Part shown: positions 10,763 through 24,444 of the stretch, piece after piece | Layout: each line of letters opens with the position of its first letter | Numbering within the stretch: the stretch's first letter is position 1 | Source: Amoebophrya sp. A120 | Taxonomy: Eukaryota; Protista; Dinoflagellata | Length of the DNA: 64,000 nucleotides | NCBI GenBank assembly: GCA_905178155.1 | Contig: CAJINV010000001.1 | Span: forward strand, 16,120,142-16,184,141 | Direction: 5' to 3' | Notes under the pieces: generated by a model | What the model was told of the DNA's origin: nothing | The model's input: the letters and a program-made list of their open reading frames with translations, nothing else | Database searches by the model: none | Position numbers and translations under genes: made by a program

Positions 10763-13334
10763 ATGACGGACCTTCAGGATGAGGATGCGCGTCTTGCTGC
10801 GGTCTTGGGGCAATCCCTGGAGAGCGTCATTGACGCTCCGCCGCCCAGCGCAGCCTCGGCCACGATATTACGATACTCTGGCGGTACGGGGCACAAGGGG
10901 AAGGTATGAACAATTGATGCTTCATTTCTTGCATAAAGTAACAGTTCCATGTAGATCATGAGAAAAATTTCCCATCGCACTACATTTCAGCAAAAAATCT
11001 CGTTGGTTCCTTCATGATGTAGCTGAATACGAATATCCCCGACCAGACGACCAAAAATGAGAAAGTGACAAAATACATCAGGGCAAGGGCAAAAAGGGAA
11101 AGTTCCACGGCGAGGGGTTTTTCCAGCGACAGGAGGTGGGGCAGAACTACATCTGCCAGAACTGCGGGAAGAAGGGGGACCACTGGCTGCAGGATTGCCC
11201 CCTGAAGTACGAAGATGAGCAGGAGAAGGTGGGCGCCACCTACGACGCCTGGTCGAATGAGAACGAGCGGAAGAAAACGAAGATTCGGTGGGCGCGGGGC
11301 ATCCCCATGAACTACCTGCAGGAGTGTCCGACGTTTGAGGCCGCCTGCGAGCGGAGCATCGACGGGACCTGCTACCTGCGTCGGGAAAAACCGGGGAAGT
11401 ATTTTGCCTACGTTCACGATGCGTCGTCCAACGTGTTTCTCGGGAAACACATGCAGAAACTCCAGACACCCGTCCACGAAAAAGCGTTTTTCGCCTACGG
11501 GGAGGCTTTCGAGAAAGCCCTGGACTTTGTCCGGTGCCAGGTCTGCACGAACTTGCTGATGCTGCCGGAAATCGCCCCGTGCTGCGGGCGCACGTTCTGT
11601 CGCGACTGCATCCTCGAGCGCCCAACCTGCCCAGCGTGCAAGAAGCCGAACATGCCGCACTTGTTGCAACCGCACGACCTGCTACGGAAAATTGCCGACA
11701 AGATAAGAGGAGGTACAGTTGCGTTTTTGCGTGAATGTGATTCTATAAATCGATACACCAATTTGTAATCGTGTCACAATCTGATAGAAGTTCCCCACGC
11801 CATAATTTTTCTACAATCTCATCATTCATTCCCTACCTTGACGAACACAGCGAAAATGTCGGACCTGCGTCGGCGCGAGGACGAGGAGCAGCGACGGCGC
11901 GCGGAGTGGCGCGTCAAACAGGTCGCACTGGAGGAGTGCTACGCGGAGGAGGAACGCGAGCGGCGCGCAAAAGAGCAGCGCACCGCCCTGCACACGCTGC
12001 ATCGCCGCATGCTGACGGAGAAGCTGGACCGATTGGAGCGGAAAATGGCGCGTCGGCGAGCGAAGATTTTAGAGGACATGGAAGAGGAAGAGAAAAAGGC
12101 GGAGGAAGAGAGTAAAGAAGCGAATAGCAACATTGGAGCGCCAGCACCGGGAGGCGCAGCTACGTCAGCGTCCACGACCGCAGGAGGAGCGTCAAGCTCT
12201 TCATCGGCGCAGCCCAACGAAGGTGCTGCTGCGACGGAAGGACAGCCGGCCGCTAGCTCGAGCTCCGCTAGCAGTAGCTCTACTGCGGCCGTCAAGAAGC
12301 GAAACTCCGCACCGGTGCCTTTGGACTTGGATGCGGAGGAGCGAAGGCTGCTGTTTGATCTTAAAACGCAGTCGGGACCCCCCGAGATCCGCAACGCCGC
12401 CGAGTTTGAGCTGTTCAAATTGTGTCTGAAGGAGCGGGCGCTGCGGGCGGAGCTGGAGGCGCACGACGCAAAGGACCCCGAAGCAATGGACAGCGCCGTA
12501 GGGGGAACGCTGGTCACGGACGACGGGGAAGTTCTTTCCCCCGTAGAACGGGACCACTCCGGGCGACACAAGCGCCTGATGCTGCCACCCGCAGGTGGAC
12601 CGCTGTGTTTGCCTGTGGGAAATACCACCAATAATTCCGCTGGTCCGGTTGTTGCGAAACAACAGACTTTGCAACCAGGTACAGGCGTGGTGAGAGTAAT
12701 ATCGCCACGAGCTGCAGACTGGGGCAGCAGTGCTGCAGCTTCTGTTGTGCCGCATAAAGCCACTCCAAGTTGTGCACCACCTGCAACGCTCTTGCCTTTG
12801 CAACCGCAAGCTGGGAACGCGAGTGCAAGTTCGTCGTCTTCCGCCCCGCCTGTTGCGCAGCCAGCAAATGCAACGCAACAAGCAGCGAAAGAGGCGTTGC
12901 TCCCCCTGGTAGGACAGGTCGACACCACCAGCAAAGATACCATCGCCTCTACGGAAGGTAGCCAGGACAACACAAAGTCTACTGCGGGGGCTCCGATCAT
13001 CAGTCTGAAGAGACCGCCCCCTTCACAGCCAGAGCAGGAAGGCTCAGGTGCGGCTTCAAGCAGCAGTGGACCGGTTGTGATGGTACCGGCGGCGCAAGAA
13101 CCAGCACTGGGTGGAGCGACCGCTGTTGCCACGACCGCGGGCGCTGCGTCGTCAAGCACCTCGAACGTTCCGGCAAGCACAGCGACTGCCAGCCAGAAGT
13201 CTCCGGAGAAGAAAACGAAAAAGAGGAAGAAGCTGACCCCCGAGGAGTTTTTCGCGTGGCAGGAATCCATTCGGAAGGCAGCTGAGGAGGGTCGACCGGC
13301 GCCACCAACTGTGAGTCCGGGAGAAGACGATTAG
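10763..13334 (+). CDS. CCHC zinc-knuckle + RING protein (RBBP6/Mpe1-like architecture) with a long low-complexity C-terminus; introns ~10904-11080 and 11713-11850
   Basis: YICQNCGKKGDHWLQDCP knuckle and RING CQVCTNLL...APCCGRTFCRDCI...CPAC. GT-AG introns restore the frame. Confidence 0.75.
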
Positions 13335-14051
13335 AAGTGTCGGCATGTCTTGGTACACACTGAGAAACCAAAAACTTCGACATCCGCAAGCGAGCGACTG
13401 TAGCACACCATCAATTCAGTATCCGTTTTCATGGCCAAAAAAAAATGTAGTACATGGAGAAATAAGTTCGTGTTTCGGCATTGACTTGCCCAGCAGATAC
13501 GATAGGCTTTCGCGGGATGATGTTCTCTCAAGCTTTGAGTGTAAGTACATCAGGTTTGGTTCATGCATGCTTTTGATACTCCGGTTTCGCTTTCGCCTTC
13601 CGTTCCTGTTTCGGTTTTTTGCTGCAGTGTGTCGGTCTTTCGTGCATGAGTTGGTTTCCGCTCTATCGATCTTTCCACTTCATCTGCCGTCTCGCTATGG
13701 ATCAAGCTGTTCCTTACATCGAAATCGTGGTGGTTTTGGTTGGTGAAAGAATCTGAAGAGCGATCTTTTTGATTTCTGTTCCACTTTTGTTTCTTGTTTC
13801 GGATCCCCGTGGTTTTTCTTGGTGACGTTTGTTTTGGCGTGATTGAGGCTGTTTCTTTCCGACTTCTTTGAAAAGATCTCTGTTGCTGTTTTTTTTCGCG
13901 TTCAAGATCCAATCAAAAAAAGAAGTATACTCATTCACGCACAGATATCGGTCACTAGTTGCTAGCAGAACCAAACAGAATGTACTGCGAAACAGCGGGT
14001 CGCTTCCGCTCGAGCGGGTGTGAAGGCACCGAAACCAAGCCGAGCACATCA

Positions 14052-16203
14052 ATGCCGAGGAAAGACCGCAGCACGTGTTGTAAGACGAAGGCTTTAATGT
14101 CTCTCGACGCCCTCACAACAAGTGGGCGAAATGGGTCCAGCAGAAGAAAATCAAAAACCGGAGTAGCAGCAGCTCGACCTGCTCAACAACATTCCAAACC
14201 GGCACGCCGGCGCTGCAGCAACTGGTCGGCGCCGATGAAGAAAGTCGCAAAGGGTTGCGTAGCGTCAGCCGCGGTTTTCTTCTCTCCCAATGCGCCACTC
14301 TCTGGTGTCCAGGCCGCTGTCGACGAAAACGGCAACGTTGTCGATGGCGGGGAGATGAAGATTATGATGCCTCCTACGCCCGAAGGGTTCAACGCGAGCG
14401 AGCCGGATCCGGATCCGCCGAGCCAGGACCGGATTCTGAAGCTGCTGATGTACGAGCTTGGGCAATACAACTCGTTCAAGATCCCGCGGTTCGTCAATTT
14501 CTACGAGTACGAGGACTTTCAGGACAAGGACTGCCCGCAGAAGCTGGTGCAGATGACCAAGGAGTTTCAGGATTTGTCCGAAACCGTAACGCAGTGGCAC
14601 TACAATTTCACCGGAACCGCGGGGCTTTTCTACCTAGTGCAGGACAAAAACGCACCGGGCATCGACATCAGCTGGCTGTGGATGGCACAACACTTCCAGC
14701 ATCGCGTGTCCTCGCTGCTGCAGCGCTTCATCGCGTGGATAATGGTACTTGATATCACAGTTCGTTATTTATTCCCACTTGTGTTTAGCGGCGGTCACCT
14801 TACCAATACTAGTGCAGCAGCTGTGTATGACAGTTGACGTGAAGTCCATCTTCATGTTGAATGATAAAGAACAACTTCGAGTAGAAGTGATTCTCGGGAA
14901 AGAAACTCGTTCAAAATTTTGTCAAAGGTTTTCTCCCTGTCGACCAATTCCCACGACCCCGGTTGCCTGTACTTCACGCCCGGCGTAAGAAAAATCATCG
15001 TCGAGATGCTCACGCATATGAAACGGTTGCAGCAGGACAATATGGCTTTGTTATGGAACGGGGCCGCTTTTGGCATGCTGGGGGACGTCACCCGAGACGA
15101 CTTTGAGGAATGGGAACTAACGGAAGAGGAAAAAGTCGACTTCGGCATCGCCAACAAAACCCGGGAGCAAATCATTGAAGACAGGAAAAAACCAAAGAGC
15201 AGGTAGAAGTTTCACTTTCCGTTGTCCACCTCCTCTTGAAGTAGTTGAACACAAAATTTTGCAGGATCAGGACCAGTGTATAAGTTGAAAATCTCGAATG
15301 AATACAAATCTCTTGCTCTTTCTCATCCAGATTTTCGCAGAACCTGATATTCGCGAACATGTATACGGGTTCTGTGTCCCAGTGGGCGAACTTCTACGCG
15401 TACCGCATGACGAACGAGGTGCAAACCGTTTTGACCAAGTGGGATGAGGTGAAGCAGGAGATTGCCATCGAGGCACAGGCGCACGACAAGGTCAAGTCCC
15501 ACCACCAGAACGAGCACGGCATGTTTTTGCCGTATGAACTGTGGCGCCGGGAGGTCTTCAAGCAGTGGGCCGTAGACAAGGGGCTTCTGCGGGGAATCCT
15601 GAGACACGTCGTGGACGATCTCTATGCGGTGCGCTCCCTGGCAGACTTCGGCGCCGGCGGCGGACACTACGCGAAATGGCTGAACGACACCGGGTTGCTC
15701 ACCGCATTTGCCTACGACGGAATTCAGGGTAGAAAGTGAACTGTTGGGGCGATGATGTGAATCACAATGCTGGTCGTCATTTGGAAAATATTTTTTCACA
15801 TTTATCAAGAAGTTCTTTCCGCAAAATGTTCTCTATCCCTCCAGGTGTCACCGACGTGACAAAAGGCGCTGTGCAGTACTGGAACTTGGTAGAGGACCAG
15901 GATGGGCACCCGCGCACCTACGACTACGGCATGTGCCTGGAGGTTCTCGAGCACATTCCCAAGGAATTCTCCGGCAGCGTTATCACGACGATATCCAAAT
16001 ACGTCAAGAACCGGCTCATCATGTCCTGGAGCAGCGACCGAGAGGGTATCGGCCACGTCAACTGCAAGGGGGAGGAAGAGTGGGTGCCGTACGTGGAAAG
16101 CTTTGGGTGGAAGCAGAACAAGGAGCTCACCTTCATGCTGAAAAACAATGCCACAGTCGAGTACATCTCAAACTCGGTCAACGTCTTCGATCGGGTGGCG
16201 TGA
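14052..16203 (+). CDS. Protein with a C-terminal class I SAM-dependent methyltransferase domain (3 GT-AG introns)
   Basis: Motif I LADFGAGGGHY and YDYGMCLEVLEHIP. ORFs 13959, 14919, 15359 and 15736 can be joined by GT-AG introns. Confidence 0.65.
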
Positions 16204-17109
16204 TGAATATGGAAAAAGTGCTGGTAGGGAACCCACGGGGTCGCAATCCTGCTCGGTTTTTTTACCATGCCTCAAGCGAAGTTGTTAAGTAAGTACGAAT
16301 GAAATGAAGTCGCTCAATTTGATATACATTTTCGAGAACTTTCTTTCCCCACACTATATTCGATGTCAAGATAGCTCAATGTTGCCGTGAATGTGACTCG
16401 CTCGAGAACATTGCTCGACGTTTGACAAAAGTGCTCGGTATGAACAGTGATAGAACGACAGTAAGTGCCAGTGAATCTTCACCCAGCTCGGCTTTGAAAA
16501 AAAAGGCAAGCTCCGCAACGCACGAGAAACTGCAAAACTCTGTGCCCTCTTTTGTGTAAAGCTGGCAGAATGCTCCTCGGTCAACTGAGTTTATTAGGAA
16601 AAAGCAAAGAAAGAAAAACAAATTTAATTTCGGTGTACAAAGTTGTACTTCGTTTGATGCAAAAAAGTCTGGACGGATCGGTGCCTCTCGTACATCAATG
16701 TCGTGGAAAGTCGAAACATCCTCGGTCCTGCTTGCAGTCGTTCGCATCCTTCTCGGTATGTGTGATCTTATCGTGGAACTAAAGACTGTCGTCCTTTCTG
16801 TCATCGTGCAAAAATGTAAGCGTTTGGGCAGCTTTCGTCACGATTGGCCAAAACGTCGCTGAATGTCGTCCTACTGTGCACGAATAAAATGATCACAGGG
16901 CCCGTACCAGCAGCGTGACGGACGCAACGCCTTGAAAAGGAATCCCCCCACCCGGGGAGGTTCTATGCTACGGGTTCCTGAATATCTCTGTGCAATTTTA
17001 TTGTTCGCCTTCTACACATAATCAACCCATTCTATCATTTTTTTCTCGCATTTTTCTTCCATTTCAAACCATTTCTACTTTTTAAGCCGTAAAAAGGGAT
17101 CCACAAACG

Positions 17110-18164
17110 ATGGCGACGAACCCGCCGCCAGGCGGCGGCAAGGGAAATATGAAAGGAGGCACTACCGACGATGATGTCAGCACCAATGCAGATTCCCGGC
17201 CCGTGCGAAATCCGAAGCCGAACCTCGGCCGAGAAATCGCGAACAGTATTCGCGACTCCGCGGCAATGGTGGCAGAAGGAGTGGAGGCAGGATATGGTAT
17301 GAAAGACAAAAAAAATTCTATGATGTATTTTTTTGTATGTAGTAGCTGATGCGCATTACTCGCGGGCAAGCGTCCGGCGCCTGTTTTCTGTCCTGAGGTA
17401 TTTGGAGGAGCTGAAAGTTTTTGTGTTGATTAAAGTCGACCTATTTATCATTTCAAAACAGGTGCCGTTGCCGGGGGCGACAGCAAGCAAACGGGTGGCT
17501 TTGACAGCGACGCGAGCCGTGGCGGAGGTGCCATGACAAGTGACTACCACCTGCCTGGACATCCCCGCGCAGACATGTCAGACTCAAGTTCCGACTTCGG
17601 ACCACCAGCAAACGCCGACACGCAGCGACCCAGCATGATGCAAAACTGCTGGAGAGTTATGGTCTTCATTTGCGTCGTGGTAAGTTGATTTTTTTTTTCG
17701 GTTTGGTGTGTTCGTGCTACGTGGACAACCTCACGAATCAATCTCGGTTAATGTAGAAGTAACAGTTGAAAGCGCTGACGGAATGATTACCTCGTGTTAA
17801 GACGTTGCCAAAAAAAGAGTAAAACCAAGAAACTCTAAAGCGATTTGTTCTTTTCAAAGTGCACTATACACATATCAACGCACAGATCGTTCTCCTGGCA
17901 CCCTGCGTGTGCATCGGTACCGGTGTCTTCTGCCTGGCGTGCCGCAACGAGGACGAGCCGGAAGGGAAGGTTGGCTACGACTGCAACCGGGGCCGACCCG
18001 TGATGACCGTGTTCGGTTTTGTCTTGGTGGCGCTGGGTTTCGTACTGATCACCACGTACTGCTTCGTCTGTTGCTGCCGCCGGCAGCACGACTCCTACCT
18101 AGTGGAGCAGGACGAGGACGAATACGAGGAGGAGAAACGAGTCTTGGGCAGCAGCAGGCCGTAA
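17110..18164 (+). CDS. Small membrane protein of unknown function (introns ~17297-17461, ~17680-17885)
   Basis: Two hydrophobic segments followed by a Cys-rich juxtamembrane CFVCCCRR. GT-AG introns. Confidence 0.5.
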
Positions 18165-19502
18165 AAACAGGTCATCTACTTGCATCTTCGTCGTTGAGGG
18201 GGATCTGACGAAGTGCTGCGTATTCTGCAGAAAAAAAGATGCGATTCGTTTTCGATAAAAATTCGAGACTACTTTTTACGCACCGGACTTTTTGTACTTC
18301 CTTGATGCCTTATCATTTTCCACGAGCAGTGCTGGCGTTCTTGGCAGCGTTATGTGGCTGATGTATTTTGGCAGAAGCGAGGAGGCTAGGTAGTAGTTTT
18401 ATCGAACAGCAGACATCGTGCATCGTAGGGAAATTAGCGTATTTCCAAAATTCGAGACCTTCGATATCTTCGCCTCCGGGGATTCGCCATTGCAACTGAG
18501 TATCCTTATTGCGGCAAAAAATTGGTAGATTGGATGTATCAGTATTTTTGTTTATTTGTGACGTAGACTAGTCTGTACCTTATGTACCGTTTCGTATGAT
18601 TCATGTCTGTAACTTTTTTGTGCGCGAAGATCACGTCTACGGAAGTCATTTGGAAATTAAGCTTTTTTTTTGTCCATAAAACGCCAGATCACAGTCTGTA
18701 ATTCATTTTTGTTTACTTTCCGCAAGCGCTGTGCGCGAGAAATAGACGAGACGCATCCGGGCTTTCTGGAACATTGCAACGTGGAATCGTTCTGTCCGCG
18801 CTCTCTGTAGATTTAGGGTTTTTTTAATACGAAGTTGAGGCCAGCAGCGTTCGCCAAACGTTGTCTCCAGAAACGGAAGAGCTGCTTTCTAAGGCGGGTG
18901 TGGACAAACGATGGTTGCCAATCGACACCCGATTTTGAACACAAAAAACGTGGCATGCGCAAGGGCTTGCGGTTTGTAATTATGGTGTTTTTCTCTTTGA
19001 ACAAAGCGAAATACGAAGCGCTGTATTAGATTAGTAGCTGTAGGAGCTGCAGCTTGACGAAAGACTGACAAATCAAATTAGTGTTCTTCGAAAAGCGAAC
19101 GTCACTGCGATCACAAATCGCCGAAATGTCAACATCGAGATCATTCTTGGATGCACATGCAGTGTCTCTCGTCTCGGTAGACTTCTTTCAAATTCGCGAC
19201 TGCATTGATTGAAAAGCAACCTTCATGAAAAAACTGACAGGACAGGACCCCTCTGGATATTACCAAGACACACCGAGAATATCAAGTTTGATTTTCGTCC
19301 ACCCCACAGAGCTAGCTTTGAAAGCGACACGGAAATTCGCTACGGCGGAAGCCTCGCTGAAGCCGCTTCTAGGTGTATCAGAGAATAATTGATTCGCCAA
19401 TAGCCTACAGTTTCTTTTTCATTCGAGTTAACGTTTGGAAAAAAGATCTTCGCTACAATTTTTCTTTGCGTACCACAGATTAAGCATTTCGCAGGGAAAA
19501 AA

Positions 19503-21088
19503 ATGTCGGGGTACTATAACAAGAAGGGGGAGTTCATTTACGGCGAGGTGCCCGCGCACATCCGGCGGCAAGAGGAGGCCAAGGCCCGGCAGAAGGCCGC
19601 CGAAGACGAGCAGTTCAAATTATTCGAAGAGGACTTTGTGAAGGATGACGACCCGATAGATGGGGACGAGGACGTGGGCGAGGGAGAGGTCACCGAGGCC
19701 TGCCTGCTCGGTCCGCCATCTACTTCGGCCAATAATGCTGCGGGCGGCGCGTCCAGCAGTTCCTCCTCCTCGACCGCCGCACCGGTGTTGCCGCCCCCTC
19801 CCAGCGACAGCGAGGAGGAAAAAGAACCGGTGGATCCCAGCAAGAAGGAGCAGCTGGACGATTTGTTCGCGAATTTGATGGGCACGATAAATACCATGGG
19901 GACGCAGCGACAGAAGGCAAACATGAGAAAGTACTCCTCGCCCGAAGAGCTGGTCAGCCGAATATTGGACCATGCAAGAAGTAAATACTTTCATTTTTCA
20001 TTGGTTTTGCAGGTGTGTAGGTCCATGTGTGACAGATTATGACGACCGGTTTTTTTGTGGAATGTAGTTTGTTAAACGAAGGAGCGCAGTTACTGTTGAT
20101 CCTAAAACCTAAACTACCCTCTCATGATGTGTGGCAAAAACCAAAACAGGTCCGTTCGAGATTCTGGGCGTTACCCCTGAAGCCGAAAAAGCCGAGATCA
20201 CAAAGACGTACCGAAACATCTCGCGAATTATTCACCCGGATAAGTGTCGAGTGGAAAGAGCGCAAGAGGCGTTCCAGAAGGTCCTGGATGCGTACAACGA
20301 GCTGAAGGAGGGCAAGTCGCGCGAGCGCTACAAGGACATTTGGGACGAAGTGCGCGCCGAGGTGTTACGCGAACACGAAGCCTTCAATGAGGAGAAGCTG
20401 CGCAACAACGACACCGAGGGATTGTTGCCAACGGAGGGGTACGAGTTTGACGAGGCTGTGATCAAGCGGTGTGAAGATCGCTTGGACACGAGTCAGAAGA
20501 AGGAAGAAGCTGAAGAAACTTATGCGGATAAGGTACAACGAGGATTCTTCTGTTCAAAGCTGCAGTGTTGTATGCAATGGATTATGCACTAGGTAGTGGA
20601 ATGACATAAATATATCGATGTACGATTTTCTGTCAGAAAAGGATGATGAAGCGCTGTGATGTATACGTGCGAATCCTACAAAAGCGCAAGAGATCGTGAT
20701 CTGCTTTTCCTAAGTGTCAAATTTGTTTTTTTTTCAGGTTCGCAAGGCCAACGAGGAGCGGATAAAGACCCGCGTGGACGAGGAGAAGGCCCGGGAGGGG
20801 AAGCAGAACAAGAACGAAAACCGGTGGAAAAAGGGCATGGACAAGCGGGTCGCCGGTTGGCAGGTGTTTCAGGCCAACGTGAACGCAAAGCGGTTTAAAA
20901 GCGAGAGTTGGGCCAAGGTCGGGCAGGTGGGCGCCGCGGACCGCTTCCACAAGCGCGAGGAGAAGACCGACGCGCAGATTCGCGAGGAGCAGAAGCTCCA
21001 CATGACCGCGGACGGCGGCAAGGGAAAGGGCGGTTTGCAGAAAAAAGCGGCCGGGCTCGATGACGGCTTCAAAAAAGTGTGGAGGTGA
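19503..21088 (+). CDS. DnaJ/Hsp40 J-domain protein, DNAJC8-like (2 GT-AG introns)
   Basis: PFEILGV...ITKTYRNISRIIHPDKC...AQEAFQKV. The C-terminal WKKGMDKRVAGWQVF resembles the DNAJC8 tail. Confidence 0.8.
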
Positions 21089-21701
21089 TCTTCGTCGAAA
21101 AAACGAGCGTGCGTTGCTATCTTCTTTATTACACAAATGTTGTATCAACACCATTTGTGGTGCAAAACTACGCCCCCCACGACGAGGAGGTCCTAGGAAC
21201 GTGACCCCAAGAACGACATAAAAAAGCGACAACTTTGCGACAGAAAGTAGCTACTTTCGTTATTGCGAATGCAAGCGGGATTTGAGTTATCCGCACTGGA
21301 GTTGCGTGCGTCCGTCTTTTGGCCTTTGTTATCCGGAAAAGGAAAAGCGTGTTCGCTACCTGGCATTATTTTTCTTAAATCGACCGCTGCGTGAAATCTG
21401 CTTTTTATGGGGGGGGAGGGCGTTTGTGTTACGCGTTTTTATTTGTGGTGCGTTGTGTGTGGTTCTGGTATGGCAACCTAAGCAGAAGTAGGAGCGAAAA
21501 GATGAGAGTAAGGCACAGAGAGATAGATGGAAAGGCGCGCTTTTTTATTGTCCAAACTTATTAATTTGCAGTAACGCGAACTCACCGTCACCCACAATTG
21601 AAAATTTAGCAAAGTTCAATTTTTCACGTAAACACGACCTGCAGACCGCGTTTACTCGATCCTTCCTCCGTCTTCGGTGGTGACCTCCGACGTCGTACAA
21701 G

Positions 21702-22233
21702 ATGGCGAAGATGATGAAGATGATGTCCATGAAGGTAAAGCCGTATTTTCTTGTATAAATTGTTGAGAAGGACCAGCACTGCAGTCGTGTCGGTGATATC
21801 TTTGGGTTTGTCATTTTCGTCCTGTAGTTTTGAATTTGATGCACCGGCGGTGGTGGTCGTGGTTCAGACGAAAAAAAATCTCACCAACATTCAGATGGGC
21901 ATGAAGAAGATGGCCATGAAGAAATCCGTCATCGCACGGGGAAGGGTGCCGAATCGGCAGGCGATGGTCTTGCGGGGCACCAAATTAAAGACCAGCGGTG
22001 GGTTGACCAAGAGCGATTTGAAGAAGAACCCCCGCGGGCGTGTGGTTTCCATCAAGAAAAGCAACGCAGCCCGAAAGAAAGGGACTTTTCAAAAGATTTC
22101 GACTTGGGGAAAAGCGGTAAAGCAGGCCTACAGGGAGATGGGCCTGAAAGGTTTCGTGCCGGTGGGTGGGAAGAAATCCGCGCTGAGTCAGGCTTTGTAC
22201 CAGAGGGTAAAGCAAATTACCTCCGCGAAGTAA
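21702..22233 (+). CDS. DVNP: Dinoflagellate/viral nucleoprotein (DVNP); intron 21735-21894
   Basis: MK-rich N-terminus, then SVIARG...VLRGTKLKTSGGLTKSDLKKNPRGRVVSIKKS...W..AVKQA...GLKGFVPVGGK...GQ-type tail, the DVNP signature. Confidence 0.9.
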
Positions 22234-23134
22234 TGGACAAAAATTCAATTGATAAGGAAAAGCTCTACTTTCTCGCCACAGTCGTCGTTCTGCAAGAACT
22301 TTCAGTGGGTGCGAAAGGTCGCGGAAAGATGTTAAAGGAAAGCGATAGACTAGCAATTTTTCTGTGATGCTCATGCAAATACATTCACATCATACGAGCA
22401 ATCGCGGTAAAATCACTGTGATAGATACGATTTTTGAATGGTGAAGACAGCCTTTTATCTGTTTACAGCGGCAAGCATGAGTAGGTGAGACTGCGTTCTG
22501 GGGCAGCAGGCTTCATAACGCGCGTCATAGCAACAATCGATTTTGTGCCGTTCAACGGGACGATATGAAAAAGAGAGACCCATGCAAAAGCAAACACTTC
22601 TTCTGCAAAAACGCATGCAAGTGGAGTGCTGTGAGTCCGCTGCGGACTAGGTACTACAGGACCTGACGACCATGTCCACTGCATGCTGATCATATACTGT
22701 GCATCTACATTTGAAAAAAAAGTTCTACTTTTACTCTCATGCCTGTGAGTGTCTCTTCAACACTCTGGTCACCAACCTGAAAGAAGTGTTCTGTCCGGAT
22801 ACTGCTTAAGTTCAGACGCGCCAGACAACTGGAGAGAGTGCGTCAAATCAAGCTTCCAGACCATCCGTTGGGTTTCAAGTTCAGCAAGAAAAAACGAGCA
22901 GAGCTGAAGTGAAAGACAGACCATGCTGTGAGCGACGTCGCAGGCTACAAGAGTGAATCACGTCGAGAAGTACTGCTGAATACCTACTGGTGATCATGCT
23001 AGATGAAGAAATACGAAAGCATCTCTTTAGGACAACTGCACTACCACTTGAAGAGCGAACTGCCTGAAACATAGCACAACAAAACATCTTCGCTGACCAC
23101 TGCAGCAGCAACTCCTCCGCGCGTGGCCGAGGTG

Positions 23135-23734
23135 ATGTCGTCGATGAAGATTTCGGCCATGAAAATCGTATCGCCCATGAAAGTCTACGCATCGGCGATG
23201 AAGTTATCGTCGACGAAAATGTCCTCGATGAAGATGTCCGCAATGAAGGCATCGATGAAGGTAAGTGCCTTAAGATTAATTTCCTCCTGCTTACGACCTT
23301 GAACCATTCGCGCCCTTCATTGTGCAAATTTATTGGGACTGTGCAACAACATTTTTGATTTTGTGTGACGCTACCTCCCGAACATAACTCACATGCAGAT
23401 GGGCCTGAAGAAGATGGCCATGAAGAAGTCTACCGTTGCTCGCGGTCGCAATCGCCAAGCGGTCGTGTTTCACGGTCATAAACTCACGACCAGTGGAGGC
23501 TTGAAGAAGTCCGATCTGAAGAAGAACGCGCAGGGCAAGATTGTGTCGGTCAAAAAGTCCGCGGCCGCGAAGAAGAAAGCGACGTTTGCGAAAATTAGCT
23601 CCTGGGGCGCAAGCCTGGGGAAAGCGCGCAAGGAGATGGGCCTGAAGGGCTTCATTTGCTGCGGTGGGAAGACGGCTTTGGGACAGGCACTGCTGGCCCG
23701 AACGCGGGCAATCTACAAGCAGAGCACGCAGTAG
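23135..23734 (+). CDS. DVNP: Dinoflagellate/viral nucleoprotein (DVNP), second paralog; intron 23261-23398
   Basis: VFHGHKLTTSGGLKKSDLKKNAQGKIVSVKKS...ARKEMGLKGF..GGKTALGQALL. 42-codon xxMK-repeat first exon. Confidence 0.9.
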
Positions 23735-24444
23735 GCTGATACGTGTGCAGTCTCTTCTACAGCATTTGTGATGTTACTTAAGTATTGAGCAGGAATATTA
23801 AGGAAGAAGCTTCAGAGACGGCCCTAACAGCTTCTATCATTCGTTGAGACCGCTCCCAGAAAATTTATTTCACCAATGTGGTAGTTTATTCGTGCAACAC
23901 AAACCCTGTCTGATGCGCACTGGTTAGTGCTCTTCGCTGTAGCATTGTCGGCGATAGCGTCTCGCCTTCGGCGAAAATAAATGGTGGAATCTTCATGCAG
24001 AGATGGTCACCAGGAGCAGATTTTAATGGTAAAGTGACGTGCCGTGCTAGGTTAATCACATCTGAGGAAACTTTTTTTTTCGCAACATCACGACCTAACA
24101 TGCAATACATAGTTTTGTCATAGTACTGTTGAAATACTCATCATCCGATTACCAATGCTTGTAAAATCAATCGTCAAGCCTGAGCAAGCGCCTCTTCGAT
24201 CTTCGGCTGTTCGTGCGAATCTACAGAACTCGGTTACTGATATGATTTTCTGTAGACTTCTCCGCCACAGCGGACTCGTTTTTGTAGGAATCGTGATGAC
24301 GCAGGTCTTCCGTGCGCGATTTCTCTTTTGTTTACCTGCACGTTCGACGTGTGTCTTATTTCGTAACTTCCGCAACCTTTTGCTCGTGTCCTTTGCTTGT
24401 TCTTCGTGTCTCATGAGCGGCTTTAAATTTAAGTATAAGCACAG

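Noticed and set aside
11939-13270. Long minus-strand ORFs (also 47061-48431, 32611-33504, 35584-36456)
   Set aside because: Antisense shadows of GC-rich + strand genes with no recognisable motifs.
15265-15277. Possible 13-nt micro-exon
   Set aside because: A single GT-AG intron 15203-15330 restores the frame without it.
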